Origin: an uncultured Chloroflexia bacterium
Lineage (GTDB): Bacteria; Chloroflexota; Dehalococcoidia; GIF9; UBA5629
DNA length: 64,000 nt
Assembly (NCBI GenBank): GCA_963775935.1
Contig: CAVZKR010000006.1
Location: 111,198 to 175,197 of the forward strand
Reading direction: 5' to 3'
Shown: piece by piece, positions 62,613-64,000 of the stretch
How positions within the stretch are numbered: the first letter of the stretch is position 1
Layout of the letters: each line of letters opens with the position of its first letter
Notes under the pieces: generated by a model
Databases searched by the model: none
Seen by the model: the letters and a program-made list of their open reading frames with translations, nothing else
Told to the model about the DNA's origin: nothing
Program-made: the position numbers and the translations under genes

Positions 62613-63491
62613 ATGATAACAATAGGATTTATAGGTGCCGGAATAACAGGAACAGCATTAGCAGTACGGCTTCACCGTCACGGCTACCGTATAATCGCTG
62701 TATCCAGCCGTACTTTTGCTTCAGCAGAAAGATTAGCTCGAAGGATAGATGGTTGCCGGGTCTATAATACTGCTCAGGAAGTCGCCAACGAAGCTCAACT
62801 CATTTTTATCACTACCCCCGATGATGTCATTAACGAAGTAGCCAGCAGAGTTCGATGGCACAGAGATCAAAGCATAGTACATTGTAGCGGAGCACATTCC
62901 ACGGACATTCTTGCAGCAGCAAAACAATTCGGAGCTCACACCGGTTGTTTCCATCCACTCCAGACTTTTGCCAATATTGAGCAGGCTATTGAAAATCTTC
63001 CCGGCTCAACCTTCGCTATCGAAGCCAGTGAGCCACTATTGACCATACTGCAAGAAATGGCTACCTCAATGGCATGCAATTGGGTAATTCTAACTGCCGA
63101 TAATAAAGTACTCTACCATACAGCAGCGGTCTTTGCCTGCAACTATCTGGTCACTCTGGTTAAACTAGCTACCGATTTATGGCAGGATTTCGGAATACCC
63201 AGGAAACAGGCAGTTAAAGCACTCTTGCCATTATTACATGGCACGCTCAGTAACGTAGAGAGGATCGGCTTGCCTGATTGCCTCACTGGCCCTATTGCTC
63301 GGGGAGACCTTGGCACTATTAAAAAGCACCTGGAAGCGCTGGAGAAGGAAAAACCTTGTTTACTAAGCAGTTATAAGCAACTGGGGTTACAAACTATATC
63401 AATTGCTTTAGATAAAGGAAAAATTAATTCTGAAAAAGCCAAGGAATTAGAGGTTCTCTTATCGAAGCAACCGCAAGGAGTACTGTCATGA
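62613..63491 (+). CDS. Rossmann-fold / DUF2520 domain protein (putative NADP-dependent reductase in pan operon)
   Basis: 292-aa ORF with GGAGAGG RBS. MITIGFIGAGITGTALA, VHCSGAHS, CFHPLQTF, LYHTAAVFACNYLVTL and LTGPIARGD match the DUF2520 family pattern. Stop overlaps the panD start. Confidence 0.8.
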   Translation: MITIGFIGAGITGTALAVRLHRHGYRIIAVSSRTFASAERLARRIDGCRVYNTAQEVANEAQLIFITTPDDVINEVASRVRWHRDQSIVHCSGAHSTDILAAAKQFGAHTGCFHPLQTFANIEQAIENLPGSTFAIEASEPLLTILQEMATSMACNWVILTADNKVLYHTAAVFACNYLVTLVKLATDLWQDFGIPRKQAVKALLPLLHGTLSNVERIGLPDCLTGPIARGDLGTIKKHLEALEKEKPCLLSSYKQLGLQTISIALDKGKINSEKAKELEVLLSKQPQGVLS

Positions 63492-63889
63492 GGACCATGC
63501 TTAAGAGCAAGATACACCGAGCACGAGTAACTGCAGGTAATGTTGATTACGAAGGGAGCATTACTATTGATAAGGTACTCATGGAAGCTGCTGATATTCT
63601 TCCCTATGAAAGAGTAGAAGTACTGGATATTAATAACGGTGCTAGACTAAGCACGTATGCTATCGAAGGGGGAGTGGGTTCAGGAGAAATTTGCCTTAAC
63701 GGTGCCGCAGCTAGATTGATTGCTAAGAATGATACGGTCATTATTCTCACCTACCATGAAGTTCCCGAAGAGGAAGCAATTAAAGCAGCCCCTCGACTGG
63801 TCTACGTGGACTCTTCAAATAGAATAGTTGATGTAAAAAATACTGGAAGCGAACAGGACTGGACAAAAGAACTGCTCTCAACACTTTAA
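63488..63889 (+). CDS. panD: Aspartate 1-decarboxylase (pyruvoyl-dependent)
   Basis: MLKSKIHRARVTAGNVDYEGSITID with the Gly-Ser self-cleavage site, and NGAAARL. 133 aa. Confidence 0.9.
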   Translation: MRTMLKSKIHRARVTAGNVDYEGSITIDKVLMEAADILPYERVEVLDINNGARLSTYAIEGGVGSGEICLNGAAARLIAKNDTVIILTYHEVPEEEAIKAAPRLVYVDSSNRIVDVKNTGSEQDWTKELLSTL

Positions 63890-63904
63890 ATTGGGGACTA
63901 TAAA

Positions 63905-64000
63905 ATGCGTATTACCATTAATAACATCAAGGAAATGAAACTGAAAAAAGAGAGAATAGTCATGCTAACCGCCTATGACTATTCTACGGCCAAATTGGTG
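63905..64000 (+). CDS. panB: 3-methyl-2-oxobutanoate hydroxymethyltransferase, N-terminal part (runs off right edge)
   Basis: ATG 63905 gives MRITINNIKEMKLKKERIVMLTAYDYSTAKLV. The TAYDY motif and position after panD fit PanB. Not in the ORF track because there is no stop in the window. Confidence 0.8.
   Translation, partial: MRITINNIKEMKLKKERIVMLTAYDYSTAKLV

Noticed and set aside
1-64000. Search for mobile elements, defence systems, CRISPR arrays, tRNA/rRNA genes and prophage genes
   Set aside because: No transposase, integrase, recombinase, Cas, restriction-modification, toxin-antitoxin or structural phage motifs were recognisable in any of the listed translations. No spacer-repeat periodicity or tRNA-like cloverleaf was seen in the intergenic regions I read. 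The remodelling scars appear to be deletions and duplications without identifiable element ends.

Overview
Gene-dense 64-kb chromosomal segment with about 55 intact CDS. I recognised no rRNA, tRNA, CRISPR array, transposase, integrase or phage genes. All family calls rest on motif reading of the translations; no database search was possible.

Most of the window (about 1.7-60.5 kb) reads as an oxygen-independent catabolic island for phenolic or aromatic acids. A housekeeping pantothenate operon sits at the right edge.

Layout:
- 1-1684: 3'-truncated fused ABC permease. It is missing from the ORF track because it has no stop inside the window.
- 1.7-9.5 kb, minus strand: MarR-linked cassette of MBL-fold hydrolases, an orphan HyuB, an amidohydrolase-2 protein, an Amidohydro_1 enzyme and a cupin.
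- 9.8-10.9 kb: another amidohydrolase-2 gene behind a consensus promoter with tandem palindromes.
- 11.3-32.0 kb: one co-directional 14-gene cluster. Order: DUF35, SCP-x-type thiolase, two acyl-CoA dehydrogenases, M24 creatinase-like protein, FAD_binding_2 flavoprotein, CoA-transferase, VAO-type FAD oxidase, CCG Fe-S protein, VAO-type FAD oxidase, two tandem molybdopterin enzymes, AbfD-type 4-hydroxybutyryl-CoA dehydratase, Fe-alcohol dehydrogenase.
- 32.3-33.7 kb: deletion scar where two 5'-truncated genes abut.
- 33.7-37.6 kb: epimerase, MFS transporter, and a signal-less reductive-dehalogenase-like gene.
- 37.9-42.9 kb: HyuB-HyuA-amidohydrolase-2 cassette.
- 43.2-56.4 kb: CocE/NonD hydrolase, then two complete TRAP transporters bracketing two amidohydrolase-2 genes and two MBL genes (one frameshifted).
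- 57-60.4 kb: relic of a BcrA/HgdC-type activase, a LarA-like gene and a tungsten-type aldehyde:ferredoxin oxidoreductase.
- 60.8-64 kb: TspO-like membrane protein, TPR lipoprotein, and a promoter-leader-terminator element in front of DUF2520-panD-panB.

Recurring themes are paralog expansion and decay scars. The expansions are 5 amidohydrolase-2, 4 MBL plus 1 remnant, 2 HyuB, 2 molybdoenzymes and 2 TRAP systems. The scars are gene remnants, a frameshift and truncations.

Most unusual observations:
1. Two tandem pyrogallol-transhydroxylase-like molybdopterin catalytic subunits have no beta subunit, no Tat signal and no FS0 cysteine motif. A 29-codon relic of a ferredoxin-type beta gene lies between them.
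2. All five amidohydrolase-2 paralogs appear to lack the canonical strand-8 Asp and the first His of the metal site.
3. A 220-nt leader is duplicated at 98 percent identity in front of two paralogs whose coding sequences are much more diverged.

The host is probably an anaerobic monoderm such as Chloroflexota (Dehalococcoidia-like). The support is circumstantial: lipoprotein solute-binding proteins with Pro/Ala/Thr linkers, a cytoplasmic rdhA-like gene, W-AOR and AbfD.
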